A program made the position numbers and the translations under genes. From assembly GCF_018350175.1 (NCBI RefSeq), contig NC_058368.1, positions 201,006,001-201,070,000 of the forward strand: a DNA stretch of 64,000 nucleotides. Reading direction: 5' to 3'. Of the stretch, positions 1-13,309 are shown piece after piece. The DNA comes from Felis catus (taxonomy: Eukaryota). The notes below the pieces were generated by a model, which worked only from the letters and a program-made list of their open reading frames with translations, did not search any database and was not told the origin of the DNA. Every line of letters starts with the position of its first letter. The first letter of the stretch is position 1.

Positions 1-192
1 TATAAAAAGGATTTTAAAATGTTGTTATTTACTGGGGGAGGAGCCAAGATGGCGGAACAGCATGGAAGCTTTTTGTGTGTCCCGCATCCATGAAATACAG
101 CCAGACGAACACTAAACCATCCTACACACCTAGAAAACTGATTGGAGGATTAACACAACAATCTGCACAACCTGAGCCACAGAATTCAGCAG

Positions 193-1055
193 GAATTCAC
201 CCCAAAAGAAGGAGCATGAAGAAACGACAGCCAGGGATTTAACCAACACAGATACAAGCATGATGTCTGAACCAGAATTTAGAATCACGATAATAAGAAT
301 ACTAGCTGGAGTCGAAAACAGATTAGAATCCCTTTCTGCAGAGATAAAAGAAGTAAAAAATAGCTAGAATGAAATTAAAAATGCTATAACTGAACTGCAG
401 TCACGGATGGATGCAGTGGCAGCAAGGATAGATGAGGCAGAACAGAGAATCAGCGATATAGAGGACAAACTTATAGAGAATAATGAAGCAGAAAAAAAAG
501 GGAGATGAAGGCAAAAGAGCACGATTTAAGAATTAGAGAAACCAGTGACTCATTAAAAAGGAACAACATCAGAATCATAGGGGTCCCAGAAGAGGAAGAG
601 AGAGAAATAGGGGTAGAAGGGTTATGTGAGCAGATCATAGCAGAAAACTTTCCTAACCTGGGGAAAGACACAGACATCAAAATCCAGGAAGCACAGAGGA
701 CTCCCATTAGATTCAACAAAAACTGACCATCAACAAGGCATATCATAGTCAAATTCACAAAGTACTCAGGCAAGGAGGGAATCATGAAAGCAGCAAGGGA
801 AAAAAAGTCCCTAATCTACAAGGGAAGACAGATCAGGTGTGCATCAGAATATCCACAGAAACTTGGCAGGCCAGAAAGGAGTGGCTGGATATATTCAGTG
901 TGCTGAATCAGAAAAATATGCAGCCAAGAATTCTTTATCCAGCAAGGCTGTCATTCAAAATAGGAGAGATAAAAAGTCTCCCAGACAAACAAAAATTAAA
1001 GGAGTTTGTGACCACTAAACTAGCCCTGCAAGAAATTTTAAGGGGGACTAACTAA
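193..1055 (+). pseudogene. L1 ORF1p remnant lacking its start codon, with stops and frameshifts
   Basis: Peptides NSPQKKEHEETTARDL..., LKRNNIRIIGVPEEEE and QPRILYPARLSFK. Confidence 0.93.
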
Positions 1056-1073
1056 GGGGAGAAAAGATGAAAA

Positions 1074-1270
1074 AATATATATATTTTTATATTTATATAT
1101 ATATACACATATATATTTATATTTAGTATATAATTATTTATCATATAATTTATTATATAATATAATATATTTATATATATTATATATTTACATATATATA
1201 CCAAAAATATATATATATATAAATATATATATATAAATATAAATATATATATATATATTTACATATATAT
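1074..1270. repeat. Degenerate (TA)n low-complexity tract in the L1 inter-ORF region
   Basis: Read directly from the sequence. Confidence 0.95.
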
Positions 1271-1339
1271 ACCAAAAGCAACAAAAGATTAGAAAGGACG
1301 AGGAACACCACCAGAAATTCCAACTCTACAAGCATCATA

Positions 1340-4300
1340 ATGGCAATAAATTCATATCTTTCAGTATCATTCTAAACATCAATGGACTCAATGCTCTAAT
1401 CAAAAGACACAGGGTAACAGAATGGATAAGAAAACAAGGCCCATCTATAGGCTGTTTACAAGAGACCCACTTTAGACCTAAAGACACCTACAGATTGAAA
1501 ATAAGGGGATGGAGAAACATCTATCATGCTAATGGTCAACAAAAGAAAGCCGAAGTACCCATACTTGTATCAGACAATCTAGACTTCAAAATAAAGACTG
1601 TATCAAGAGATGCAGAAGGGCATTATATCAAATCAAGGGGTCTATCCACCAAGAAGACCTAACAATTATAAACATTTATGTGCCAAATGTGGCAGCACCC
1701 AAATATATAAATGAATTAATCACAAACAAAAAGAAACTCATCTATAGTAATTCCATAATAGTAGGAGACTTCAGCACCCCACTCACAGCAATGGACAGAT
1801 CATCTAATCAAAAAATCAACAGGAAACAATGGCTTTGAATGACACATTGGACCGGATGGACTTAACAGATACATTCCGAACATTTCATCCTAAAGCAGCA
1901 GAATATACATTCTTCTCCAGTGCACATGGAATGTTCTCCAGAATAGACCATATACTAGGACACAAATCAGCCCTAAGAAGTACAATAAGATTGGGATCAT
2001 ACCGTGCATATTTTCAGACCACAATACCATGAAACTCGAAATCAACCATAAGAAAAAATTTGGAAAGGTAACGAATACTTGGAGACTGAAAAACATCCTA
2101 CTAAAGAATGAATGGGGTAACCAAGCAGTTAAAGAGGAAATTAAAAAGCATATGGAAGTCAATGAGAATGATAGCACCAAAACCCAAAACCTCTGGGATG
2201 CAGCAAAGGTTGTCATAAGAGGAAAGTATATAGCAATCCAGGCCTTCCTAAAGAAGGACGAAAGATCTCAGATACACAACCTAACCTTATGCCTTAAGGA
2301 GCGGAAAAAGAACAGCAAGTAAAACCCAAAAACCAGTAGAAGACAGGAAATAATAAAGATTAGAGCAGAAATTAATGCTATCTCAACCAAAAAAAAAAAA
2401 AAACCAAAAAACAGCAGAACAGATCAATGAAACCAGAAGGTGGTTCTTTGAAAGAATTAACAAAATTGACAAACCAGTAGCCAGTTTGATCAAGAAGAAA
2501 AAGGATAGGACCCAAATAAGTAAAATCAAGAATGAAAGAGGAGAGATCACAACCAACACAACACAAATAAAAACAATAATAAGAGAATATTATGAGCAAT
2601 TATATGCCAATAAAATGGGCAACCTGGAAGAAATGGACAAATTCCTAGAAACATATACATTACCAAAACTGAAACAGGAAGAAATAGAAAATTTGAACAG
2701 ACCCATAACCAGTAAGGAAATCAAATTAGTAATCAAAAATATGCCAAAAAACAAGAGTCCAGGACCAGATGGCTTTCCAGGGAAACTCTACCAAACATTT
2801 AAGGAAGAGTTAACACCTAATCTCTTGAAACTGTTCTGAAAAATAGAAATGGAAGGAAAACTTCCAAACTCTTTCTATGAAGCCAACATTACCTTGATTC
2901 CAAAACCAGACAGAGACCCCACTAAAAAGGAGAATTATAGACCAATTTCCCTGATGCACATGGATGCAAAAATCCTCATCAAGATATTAGCCAACTGGAT
3001 CCAACAATATGTTAAAAAAAATTATTCACCACAACCAAGTGGGATTTATACCTGGGATGCAGGGCTGGTTCAATATCCACAAAACAATGAACGTGATTCG
3101 TCACATCAATAAAAGAAAGGACAAGAACTATATGATCCTTTCAATAGATGCAGAGAAATCATTTAACAAAATATAGCAATGTTTCTTGATAAAAACCTTC
3201 AAGAAAGTAGGGATAGAAGGATCATACCTCGAGATCATAAAACCCATATATGAACAACCCAACGCTAATATCATCCTCACTGGGGAAAAACTGACAGCTT
3301 TCCCCTTAAGGTCAGGAACAAGACAGGGATGTCCACTCTCGCCACTGTTATTCAACATAGTATTGGAAGTCTTAGCTTCTGCAATCAGACAACCCAAAGA
3401 AATAAAAGGCATCAAAATCAGCCAGGAGGAGTTCAAACTTTCACTCTTCACAGATGACATGAGACTCTATATGGAAAACCCAAAAGATTCCACCAAGGAA
3501 ACTGTTAGAACTGATTCATGAATTCAGCAAAGTTGCAGGATATAAAATCAATGCACAGAAATCAGTTGCATTCCTATACAACAACCATGAAGCAACAGAA
3601 AGAAAAATCAAAGAATCGATCCCATTTATAGTTGCACCAAAAACGATAAAATACCTAGGAATAAATCTAACCAAAGAGGTGAAAAATCTATACACTGAAA
3701 ACTATACAAACCTTATAAAAGAAATTGAAGAAGACACAAAGAAATGGAAAAAGATTCCATGCTTCTGGATAGGAAGAACAAATATTGTTAAAATGTCAAT
3801 ACTACCCAAAGCAATCTACATATTCAACACAATCCCTATCAAAGTAACACCAGCATTCTTCACAGAGCTAGAACAAATAATCCTAAATTTTGTATGGAAC
3901 CAGAAAAGACCCCAAATAGCCAAAGCAATCTTGAAAAAGAAAACCAAAGCAAGAGGCATCACAATCCCAGACTTCAAGCTATACTACAAAGCTGTAATCA
4001 TCAAGACAGTATGGTACTGGCACAAGAACAGACACTCAGGTCAATGGAATAGAATAGAGAACCCAGATAAGGACCCACAAATGTATGGGCAACTAATCTT
4101 TGACCAAGCAGGAAAGAATATCCAATGGAATAAAGACAGTCTCTTCAGTAAGTGGTGCTGGGAAAACTGGACAGCAACATGCAGAAGAATGAACCTGGAC
4201 CACTTTCTTACACCGTACACAAAAATAAACTCAAAGTGGATGAAAGACCTCAATGTAAGACAAGAAGCCATCAAAATCCTCAAGGAGAAAGCAGGCAAAA

Positions 4301-5022
4301 TCCTCTTTGATCTTGCCTGTAGCAACTTCTTACTCAACATGTCTCCAGAGGCAAGGGGAACAAAAGCAAAAATGAACTACCAGGACCTCATCAAAATAGA
4401 AACCTTCTGCACAGCCAAGGAAACAATCAACAAAACTAAAAGGCAACCAACAGAATGGGAGAAGATATCTGCAAATGACATATCAGATAAAGGGTTAGTA
4501 TCCAAAATCTACAAAGAACTTATCAAACTCAACACCCACAAAACAAATGATCCAGTGAAGAAATGGACAAAAGACATGAATAGACACTTCTCCAAGGAAG
4601 ACATCCAGATGGCCAACCGACACATGAAAAAATGCTCAACATCACTCATCATCAGGGAAATACAAATCAAAACCACAATGAGATACCACCTTACACCTGT
4701 CAGAATGGCTAACATTAACAACTCAGGCAACAACAGATGTTGGCGAGGATGCAGAGAAAGAGGATCTCTTTTGCATTGTTGGTGGCAATGCAAGCTGGTA
4801 CAGCCACTCTGGAAAACAGTATGGAGGTTCCTCAAAAAACTAAAAATAGAACTACTCTACGACCCAGGAATTGCACTACTAGGCATTTATCCACGGGATA
4901 CAGGTGTGCTATTTTGAAGACACACCTGCACCCCCATGTTTATAGCAGCACTATCAACAATAGCCCAAGTATGGAAAGAGCCCAAGTGTCCATCGACTGA
5001 TGAATGGATAAAGAAGATGTGG

Positions 5023-5070
<48 letters not shown>

Positions 5071-5165
5071 GGAGTATTACTCGACAATCAAAAAGAGTGA
5101 AATCTTGCCATTTGCAACTATGTGGATGGAACTGGAGGGTATTACGCTAAGTGAAATCAGTTGGT
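1340..5165 (+). pseudogene. L1 ORF2p (endonuclease/reverse transcriptase) remnant, frameshifted
   Basis: Motifs [47 protein letters not shown] and LFTDDM; a 412-aa open segment at 3679-4917. Confidence 0.96.
5026..5067. repeat. (CA)n microsatellite inside the L1
   Basis: About 21 perfect CA units. Confidence 0.97.
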
Positions 5166-5577
5166 CAGAGAAAGAAAAAAATCATATGACTTAGCTCATA
5201 TGAGGACTTTAACAGACAAAACAGATGAACATAGGGAAGGGAAACAAAAATAATATAAAAACAAGGTGGGGGACAAAACAGAAGAGAGTCATAAATATGG
5301 AGAACAAGCTGAGGGTTGCTAGAGGGGTTGTGGAAGGGGGGATGGGCTAAATGGGTTAACGGCATTAAGGAATCTACTCCTGAAATCATTGCTTCACTAT
5401 ATGCTAACTAATTTGGATGTAAATTTTAAAAAATAAAAAATAAAGTTAGAAGCAAAAAAATAATAATAAAATGTTGTATTTACTGAGTAAATAGCGTGAA
5501 GTTTTTGCATAGGATTTCTTTCACTAAAGACTTTAAATCCCTCTAATTCATTTATTTGTGAACATTAGATATTTTAA

Positions 5578-6230
5578 AAAGAAAGGCAACTGCACACAGA
5601 TGTTTATAGCAGCTTTATTCTTAATTGCTCGAACTTGGAAGCAACCAAGATATCCTTCAGTAGGTGGATGGATAAATAAACTGATACATCCAGACAGGGA
5701 ATATTATTTAGCACTAAAAAGAAATGAGCTATCGAGCCATGATAAGACATGGAGGAACTTTCAATGTGTTTTTCTAAGTAAAAGAAAATAATCTGAAAAG
5801 ACTAGGTAATGTATGATGCCAACTATATGACATCCTTAAAAAAGACAAAATCATGGAGACAATAAAATCAATGGTTTCCAGGGACTAGGGGAAGGAAGAA
5901 GTATATAGGTGGGGCATGGAGAATTTTCAGAGCTGTGAAATGATTCCATAGTATACTATAATGTTAGACATACGTCATTATACATTTATCAAAACCTGTA
6001 GAATTCACACCAATCGTGAACCCTAATGTAAACTGTGGACTTTAGGTGATAATGATGTGTCATTGTAGGTTTGTGGATTTTAACAAATGTACCACTCTGT
6101 TAGGGGATATTGGTAATGGGAAAGGATGTGGGTGTGCTAGGGTAAGGGATTTATGGGAACTCTCTGTACTTTCTGTTTAATGTTTCTCTGAGTTTCAAAC
6201 TGCTCTAAAACAAAGTCTATTTAATTTTTT
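5578..6230 (+). mobile_element. Old L1 3' fragment (L1MC/MD-like)
   Basis: ORF2 C-terminal-like peptide CTQMFIAALFLIARTWKQPRYPS, followed by an L1M-type 3'UTR (gtgaaccctaatgtaaactgtggact). Confidence 0.85.
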
Positions 6231-6667
6231 TTAAAAAAACATTTTCCAACTGACATCTGTTCAACTTTCCTTACTTTTAAATGATAATTGCCCTAATTTA
6301 GGGCTTTTGCGTTGTGGTCTATAATAATATCAGGTCAAATGCTTCTGATTCTTCTTAAACTGTATTTAGGGTATTGACAGACCATGTTGAGTTAATGAAA
6401 TATTACTTACACAAAAATTTTAAAAATTAAATTCTTGCATCTATTTCCAGTCATTATCATTCTGGAATTTAAACAATTCAAAGAGAATATTAATAATTTG
6501 AAAAGGCATCCAGATGTACCTTCCCCCAAATCCGACCTAATTTTACTTCAAATTAAAGTTACATCCTGAGTCCTACATCTAGAATGTTAGGTTTAAGGGG
6601 ATTATCATTTTCACCAAATTCAACCATGTCTTTGCTGTGTAAACTCATTTGTTTCATGACATCACAC

Positions 6668-6881
6668 CTCCAGAAAAAAAGAAGGCCAGTGACAGTCAAC
6701 TCTATGCTTTATTGCTTTCATTGCTTCTTCTGCTAGGAGTATCACCTCATCACAAGACCTTTCTTCCTTCCGTTTCACTGTCTCAAGATAGTATCAAATC
6801 TCTTAGGAGCATTTCATTTTTTTTTTCATTAATTCTGCCACCCTCTCAGAAACATCTGCTCTCTCCAACCCTAGACTAGGG
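6668..6881 (-). pseudogene. Exon relic
   Basis: Acceptor catttcttag; donor gag|gtgtga. Frames give LERADVSERVAELMKKK, YYLETVKRKEE and IELTVTGLLFFW (RGS 'LLFW'-like). Confidence 0.55.
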
Positions 6882-6996
6882 CTAAGAAATGTTATCATTT
6901 GTCCACTCAATCTTTGCCAATCATCTCCATTGGATTTTGAAGAAATGCATAGGACTTGTTTTTCTATTGTTTGTTTTTAACTCACAAACTACTTAC

Positions 6997-7420
6997 TGGC
7001 AGGGCGAATGTCAAAGCAGATTTGGGTCTTTTTCCAGTACTGATTTCTGTAACTAATTCTTTTTTCCTCTTCTTTCTTCCTTTCATCTTCTTATATTTCA
7101 CACTCATCTTGTTTTTCTACCTCTGCTTTATTTCTACAAGCTTTTTCATCATGTGTATATTTAGGAGCCATTGAATTAAAAATCAGTTTTTAAAATTTAC
7201 TAACTCTAATGGAAGACTGTTCAGTGATTCCAGGGACAGAACCCTCCCCATAAAGATTTTCTGCAGTGTGGTTGTATGTGTGTGTTGCTGTGCCCCTTCG
7301 GGTGCTCAATAACAAGACCAACAAAATTACATGTAGTTGATGTAAGACTTGATATAGAACTTGGGAGAAATAATACTTGTATTCCTGGGTGATGTCATTT
7401 TTCCAGTTGTTTCTTGAGTT
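6997..7420 (-). pseudogene. Exon relic (possibly two exons)
   Basis: Pyrimidine tract ending in AG at about 7421; donor gtaagt at 6996. Charged peptide KACRNKAEVEKQDECEI*EDERKKEEKRISYRNQYWKK. Confidence 0.5.
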
Positions 7421-7581
7421 CTTCAAGTGTAAATAAAAGAAAAGATACACAAAGTTATGTCAAGGTGTAAAGAGAATTTTTTTTTAATAAAACCAAGTAC
7501 CAAGCAGGGAAACATTCTTCTAAGGTGAGATGGGGCTATTTGGAACTGAAAGTGGCAGCATTCCTCAAAACCCAAGAATAC

Positions 7582-7823
7582 CTCAAATTTTCAGAAGACT
7601 TAATAAAGGGACAATTTGGGATGATAGGACATTTGTTGCACCAGTACCTATTTTCATTCAGAAAAAGTTGACAGGTTGTTACCATTTTTGACTCAGACAG
7701 GGTTGTATGTCTCTTGTTGCAGCCGACAATACACAAAGATGGCTGAACAAGATGTTTAGTTCAGCCATTCACCTGTAGTAACATGTCCGGAAGCATCACT
7801 TCTGACTGAAAGAATCACTTAAC
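7582..7823 (-). pseudogene. Exon relic
   Basis: Acceptor atgtttcag; donor gag|gtattc. LSAATRDIQPCLSQKW, then after a frameshift CQLFLNENRYWC. Confidence 0.6.
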
Positions 7824-8374
7824 CTGAAACATTTAGTGGAAATAGAAATCAAGTGGCTAATTCGTGTATCAGCTGAGACCACCCACAACTGTTTCTCTGA
7901 TTGCTATAGTGGCCACCTTAGAATATGAATCCATCAAGAGGTAGTGTTAGTAGCAAGTAATAGAGTTTAATAAAAATGACATTAACTGGAAATATATATA
8001 TTTTTTAAAGCTACACTTTGTAAAAGGTAAGCAGACTATCTAATTCTTTTCCTACAGCAAATCTGCCTATCATACAGAATGGTAAAAACAAAAATAAAAG
8101 ATGAAAGATTGTGACTACTGTGAGAAAGAAAAAGCAACAACCAAGTTAATTAAACACAAATTCTAAAACTAGGTTTGTTTTCGTATAGCAATGTCTAAGC
8201 AAATGCTGAGTTCACAGTGATAGAGAACTTTCCAAAAGAAAAACTTTAAATGTACATAGGAGACTAAAAAAAAAATAATAAAATAAGTGATATTAACACG
8301 TTTTTAAAAATGGTTAAGTAATAATCATATCCTTGGGTACTTTGAAGTATGAGAGTATATTGTAATTTATTTAC

Positions 8375-8583
8375 AATTTGCAAATCTGCATATGCTGGTT
8401 TCCATGTGATGAGAAATACACAGACAAATGAATATTTGGTTCAATGAACTCATTCATCCACTGTGAAAGTGCACTACTTTAAAAAGTGTGAAAAGTGGAA
8501 TTGGAAAACATGCAAAACCCATTTTGCAACTTTTCAGAAAAGATACACTTGCAAAGAACATAGAAACGTTGGGCTGCAAATGG
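8375..8583 (-). pseudogene. Exon relic
   Basis: Acceptor gtctttttaatcttag. Frames contain FQFHFSHFLK and HMQICKL. Donor position uncertain. Confidence 0.45.
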
Positions 8584-9048
8584 CTAAGATTAAAAAGACA
8601 ACAACAACAACATAAAACCAAGAGGCTGAGTAGGTGCAAAGCTATTTTTCTTTTCCTCCTAAAGCAGATTAACTAGTTGGGTATTTCTTTGAATAGCTTA
8701 AAAGGTTCAAGTTATATCTGGCAGAGTGAATAGGTAATGATATATGCCTCATTCAGCAAAGAAACAAATGTTTTGTTTCCCGACTCTAATTCTGTATTTT
8801 GTAGTAAGCTAGAGTGATATAATATACACTAGTATTATTGTAAAACAAGAGTTTATTACTTGGCTAAGTAAGTTGATCTTTGGAAAAGTGTACAAGTGCT
8901 TTGAAATAAAATAAAAACTACTTAATCCAATCTTCTCTCATACAATTTCTTTCAAGGAGAACAGACACAGCCTGTTAAAATAACAAAGAATGTAGAGTTT
9001 CCATTCATGGCCAAAGTGTCCTCATTCAAACTCCCACTCTAAAGCTAC

Positions 9049-9163
9049 CTTGCCCTCCTTCTCAACTTTCTTTCCAGTAGGGAAATGTGATTCCATGAAA
9101 CCTCCGGGATTTTGTTTTATGTTAACTGGCAGAGCTTTTCACGTCTCACAGAACTGGTGACAC
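9049..9163 (-). pseudogene. Exon relic, followed by a 77-bp GT-AG intron and another exon starting at 8971
   Basis: Acceptor tcatttag; donor aag|gtagct; next acceptor ttctttgttattttaacag|gctgtg. Confidence 0.5.
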
Positions 9164-10008
9164 CTAAATGACACACACTTTGGATTGTCTTGTTGTGTAG
9201 AAAAGGCAGATAAAGGGAGGAGGAGAAACCTAACACAGGTGGGCGAGGGCAACATGGCGGTAACAAAGGTTCCTGAGATCAGGGCCAAGCTTAGGATCGT
9301 TTGGGAGATAAAACAATCGCTTCAGTGAAATGATTTCACAAGAAGTGTTAAATTACAAACCCGAGAATTCTCCAAAATCTGGCAGCCCTAGAATGAAGCT
9401 TGGCAAAGGAAAAAATTAAACCTTCAAGATCTTTAGCCAGGATAGGAGCAGAGTAACATAATTTCAATGTAATTAGCAGATCATGTCTGGTTTGCAAAGT
9501 GAGTATTGGAATTGTGTCCACGTTTTACGCGTGTTAGAGACTTGTGTAAAATGCCAACATTTCCAGTTGTACTGGGGGATAACATCGAGTATTTTGGAAT
9601 AGAATTATATTTGACCAAGCATCTACGTCACTGCTACGATTCAGCTATAGACTTACTTTGTGGTATATATCTAGTTTCTTTGTAAGAAATCATGAATGAT
9701 GCATGTTTTCTAGTTTCAGAGTGATTTACAACAATAGATTTCATACTGATGTGATCAAAATATTCCTATACCTTCTGACTTTCTGACTTTACAGCAATGT
9801 CTTTAATGTATTCATTCCCGAAAGACTTCTTTAACGTGTGTTCAAATGAAAAAATCATAAAAGGTTGAGATGTGATTTCCACGAGATTACAGAATGTAAA
9901 ACAAATGTCAAAGTAAATTTTTGCAATTGCTTTTGATTATAGCATTTTGAGATTCTAGAGCATTTTAGGAAATTCTTAAACCAGCATTTTTTTTTAACTA
10001 AACATAAC

Positions 10009-10244
10009 CTCCCTTGAACCCAACCACATTTCTTTCCCCTCCTGTCAGTCAGTTCCTTGTACTTCTTTTGAATCACTATTTGTAAGACAGGCCCCTAGGG
10101 CAGAAAGCATTTGTTGGGCTAGCTCCCATTATGAAAAGACTTTTCTGAGGGATCCTCCTCAGCATTAAGAAGGCAAGGCCTCTTCTAGAAGCTCTATTTT
10201 ATCAAACTCCTGTTCCCACTGTCAGTGTGAGCAGCTCACAACTT
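10009..10244 (-). pseudogene. Exon relic
   Basis: Strong acceptor cattctttttctcag. WEQEFDKIELLEEALPS...WELAQQMLSALGACL with in-frame stops. Confidence 0.5.
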
Positions 10245-11335
10245 CTGAGAAAAAGAATGAAATCAAGTGAACCAAGGGTACAAACCAGAGCTTTTATAGT
10301 AAATGAGAATATTTATTTCCTTCTGTGAAAGTTCTGTGGTGGCTAGAATTACTAATGGTATCAGTCATTACCAAAACACATCTGTATCATTAGCTGTTTT
10401 TTTTTTCCAAGTTAGGAACACAATTGTATTATACTACAACAATAAAATGCCTCCTTTCAGCAAATGAGTTCAAAACCTGAATCTACTCTTAGTAGTTATA
10501 CGAGTAAAGCACCATGGCTCATTCCCATTTAGAAGAGTGTTTCCGTGTATCACAAAAGAAGGGCCAAGTGGAAATAAAATGCACAGCTACTGAATCCCTT
10601 CTCAGTGTTCCAGCTACTGGAGAGCATGAGCTCTGAGTTCCACTCAACTGGCTGCTGATTTGACATCATGATTACATACATAAAGTTATAACTTTCTGTT
10701 TATCAAACACCATAGATTCCATGAGGATTGTAATTTTGAACTTGGTCTATTTGTGCCAAATTGCCTGAAAATAATAATTAGAGACAATTTAACATAATGA
10801 GTATAGTAGTTTCAGATAAATTACCCCTACAGAACATTAATTGTATTCATTAAACAGAAAGGGATAAAATTCCAAGGTCATATCTATTATGGTTTTATTT
10901 TTAGAAAGCATCTTCAATGTCCTTCTCTGAACTCATAAAACATTTATTTAGACAGAATGAAGAGATATTTAGCTAGTAAAATGATTGAGTTAGGATGTTA
11001 TTTTTAATTAAAATTCCACTTAAATTCACCAAAAATCACATTCTAGTTATTTTCCTATGATGTTTCTTCTTGCATTGCTGTGAGTTTACAATCTTTTTAA
11101 TATCTAAGCAATAAAAGATTATTCAAGTTTGAATCTTTTCCAGTTTTCTAGTTTCATTAACCTAAATGAATGAATATAAAAGTAAATACATCGAGAAAAG
11201 CATATGATTTCCACATTGGGAAGTCTAACGAGAACATCCTTTTGGAAATTAATGATTAGGAAAATTTAAACAGAATGAATATCCTTAGACATCCATTAAG
11301 TTAATTTATTCTTTTTGTTATTGTAATTGTTGAAC

Positions 11336-11449
11336 CTGGAGGATTTACCAAAGTTTAACCAAGGTCAAGGTATGGCCTTAATGACTAGACTGAAATGTGA
11401 CTTTTACAGAGAAAGCTGTAAATTGCATTTCTTTTGACCTGAGGTCAAC
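11336..11449 (-). pseudogene. Exon relic
   Basis: Acceptor tctccttgtgttgtgtcaatgcag. HFSLVIKAIP*PWLNFGKS. Weak donor. Confidence 0.4.
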
Positions 11450-11769
11450 CTGCATTGACACAACACAAGGAGACAGTATATATTATAAATTAAATGTTTG
11501 GCACTAGGAAGGTTTCAAAAATTTGGTACTGAACAAGGCTGGTCATTCATGCTTTTCTTAAATGAAAAACCTCATAAAATAATGAGATTCTCTTTTCTTC
11601 ACATTCCATGTTCAACCTATAGCATGCTTGTTGCTAATTCTTTTACTGTTGCTAACTAACAAGCAGTGTCCTGGGGGATTCCCACCACTTGTCTACAGAG
11701 TTCATTTTCAATCCATTCTTAGGAATTGAGTTAATTACTACTGAAATGCTTAGTCTTATCAATTCAGAT

Positions 11770-12790
11770 TGACATAGTAATGTAAAACTCGTACCCTTGG
11801 TAAATCTGGACCATTTTAAGTCCATCACATCTCTCTGCTTCTAGTCTGAATATTATATGTATTTGCTTATCCAATAGGTATGGCAAAAAAAAAAAAAGAA
11901 AGAAATTTTGGCTTTCAACTCCAAATCTGTCTCTCCATATAAGAAAGTGGCACAACCATCCCATCAGTTTTCCTAATGAAAAGCAAACATGCACCAGAAA
12001 CTATCCTTGATTTCTCTCTTTTTCTTACTCTACATACAATCAAGCAGTCTTGAGTGATTCACCTTGAAAATATAACCCATCTCATCCACCCATCTTCAAT
12101 CTGCCATCATCTGCTGCCTGGACTCCTTTGATAGCCAGCCAATTAGTTTCCCACATTTCTTTCTTGTCCTCCACTCTACATACTCAATGGAATGATGCCT
12201 TTATAACATGTGGTATCTTCCCTCTATTCAGAAATTTCCAGTAGCTCCCGTGTCACTCTCAGCACAGTGAAAGTCTGCCGTGCCTTCTATGATCTGCCAC
12301 CAACTCTGTCTGACTCAGATTTTACCTCTCTTTCAAGAGCTCAGCGTGCTTCAGGAGCCCTTGTCTCCTTGCTCTTCTCCACTAACGCAACCTCTTGCGT
12401 GTTTCCTATCTGTTGTCATTGCCGTTTTAGCAGTTAAGAATGATCTTTTTCCAGACAGCGCCATCTTCCTCCCTCAGGTTTCTACTCAGATTTTTACCTC
12501 CTCAGAGAGCCCTTCCATGATCAAGCCAAGTAAAATAGCAATACCCCTTTCTTCCCTTTTCTTTCCCTTGTCCTGTTTCTGCTCAGGGAAACTTATCACA
12601 GCATTTATCACTACCTGAAATACGAAGTGTTAATTTGCTTGTTTTTGATCTGTCTCCCACACTAACCATAAGGACTATGAGAGCAGAGACTCAGCCTGTT
12701 GTGCTCAATCCTCTATTTACAAGAGTTAGAGCAGCGCCAAGGATAGAATGTAGATGGTATAAATATCTGTTTAATAAGCAAAATAATGAT
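11770..12790 (+). mobile_element. LINE-2 fragment
   Basis: L2-like motif ccatcatctgctgcctggactc...atagcc and 3' end ataaatatctgtttaataa. Boundaries approximate. Confidence 0.75.
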
Positions 12791-13309
12791 TTGCTCAAAT
12801 GGACTAATGGTTCTGTCCTGGGCATTAGAAATGCATTTCTAATCCAATGATATCACTTGGCCCACAGAATTATTTGGGTTTTTTTTTTTTCAACTTTTCT
12901 TTATTGTTCATGGTAATATGGAACAATAGGCCCTTATTTAGGTCTAGTGCTTTGGTCAAGCCAGGCTGAGTGATTTGTGTGTCCCCTTACTCCTGATGTG
13001 GTTTCAGTCCTCTGTGAACTTGCTCAGGAGCTGCCTGCCTCCAGCGCCCTCCTCAGTCTGAGTCCTCCTGGACAACACCTCCCAAAGTATCTCTTGAAAC
13101 TTGATTCAACAAACTTCTCTCAAGTAAAACAGATGACTCCTCTCTGTAACCTTACAACATCTATACATAGTTTTTTCATACCACCAGAATATGTATTGTT
13201 CTTGTTTGTTTACTGGGGCAGTTCTTTCTACTGGGCTGTAAGTTTCTGGAGATCAGAATCTGTGTGTTGGTCGTCTTTCTTATATTTGATCAAAACAGTA
13301 CTTCATTTA

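Larger units (their letters stand above)
35..5467 (+). mobile_element. LINE-1 (carnivore/felid type), both termini present, most of the 5'UTR missing, ORFs disrupted
   Basis: Begins GGGGAGGAGCCAAGATGGCGG (L1 5' end with YY1 motif). Contains ORF1, endonuclease and RT peptides and an A-rich tail. TSD aaaatgttg(t)tatttactg at 16-34 and 5468-5485, at a TT/AAAA target. Confidence 0.97.

Noticed and set aside
3679..4917. 412-aa ORF as a host gene
   Set aside because: It is the C-terminal part of a frameshifted L1 ORF2p.
7739..7768. 10-bp inverted repeat atggctgaac...gttcagccat
   Set aside because: Too short to imply function.
11359..11447. Nuclear-receptor-like motifs CCAAGGTCA and palindrome TGACCTGAGGTCA
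   Set aside because: Short motifs expected by chance in 64 kb, overlapping a candidate exon relic, with no independent support.
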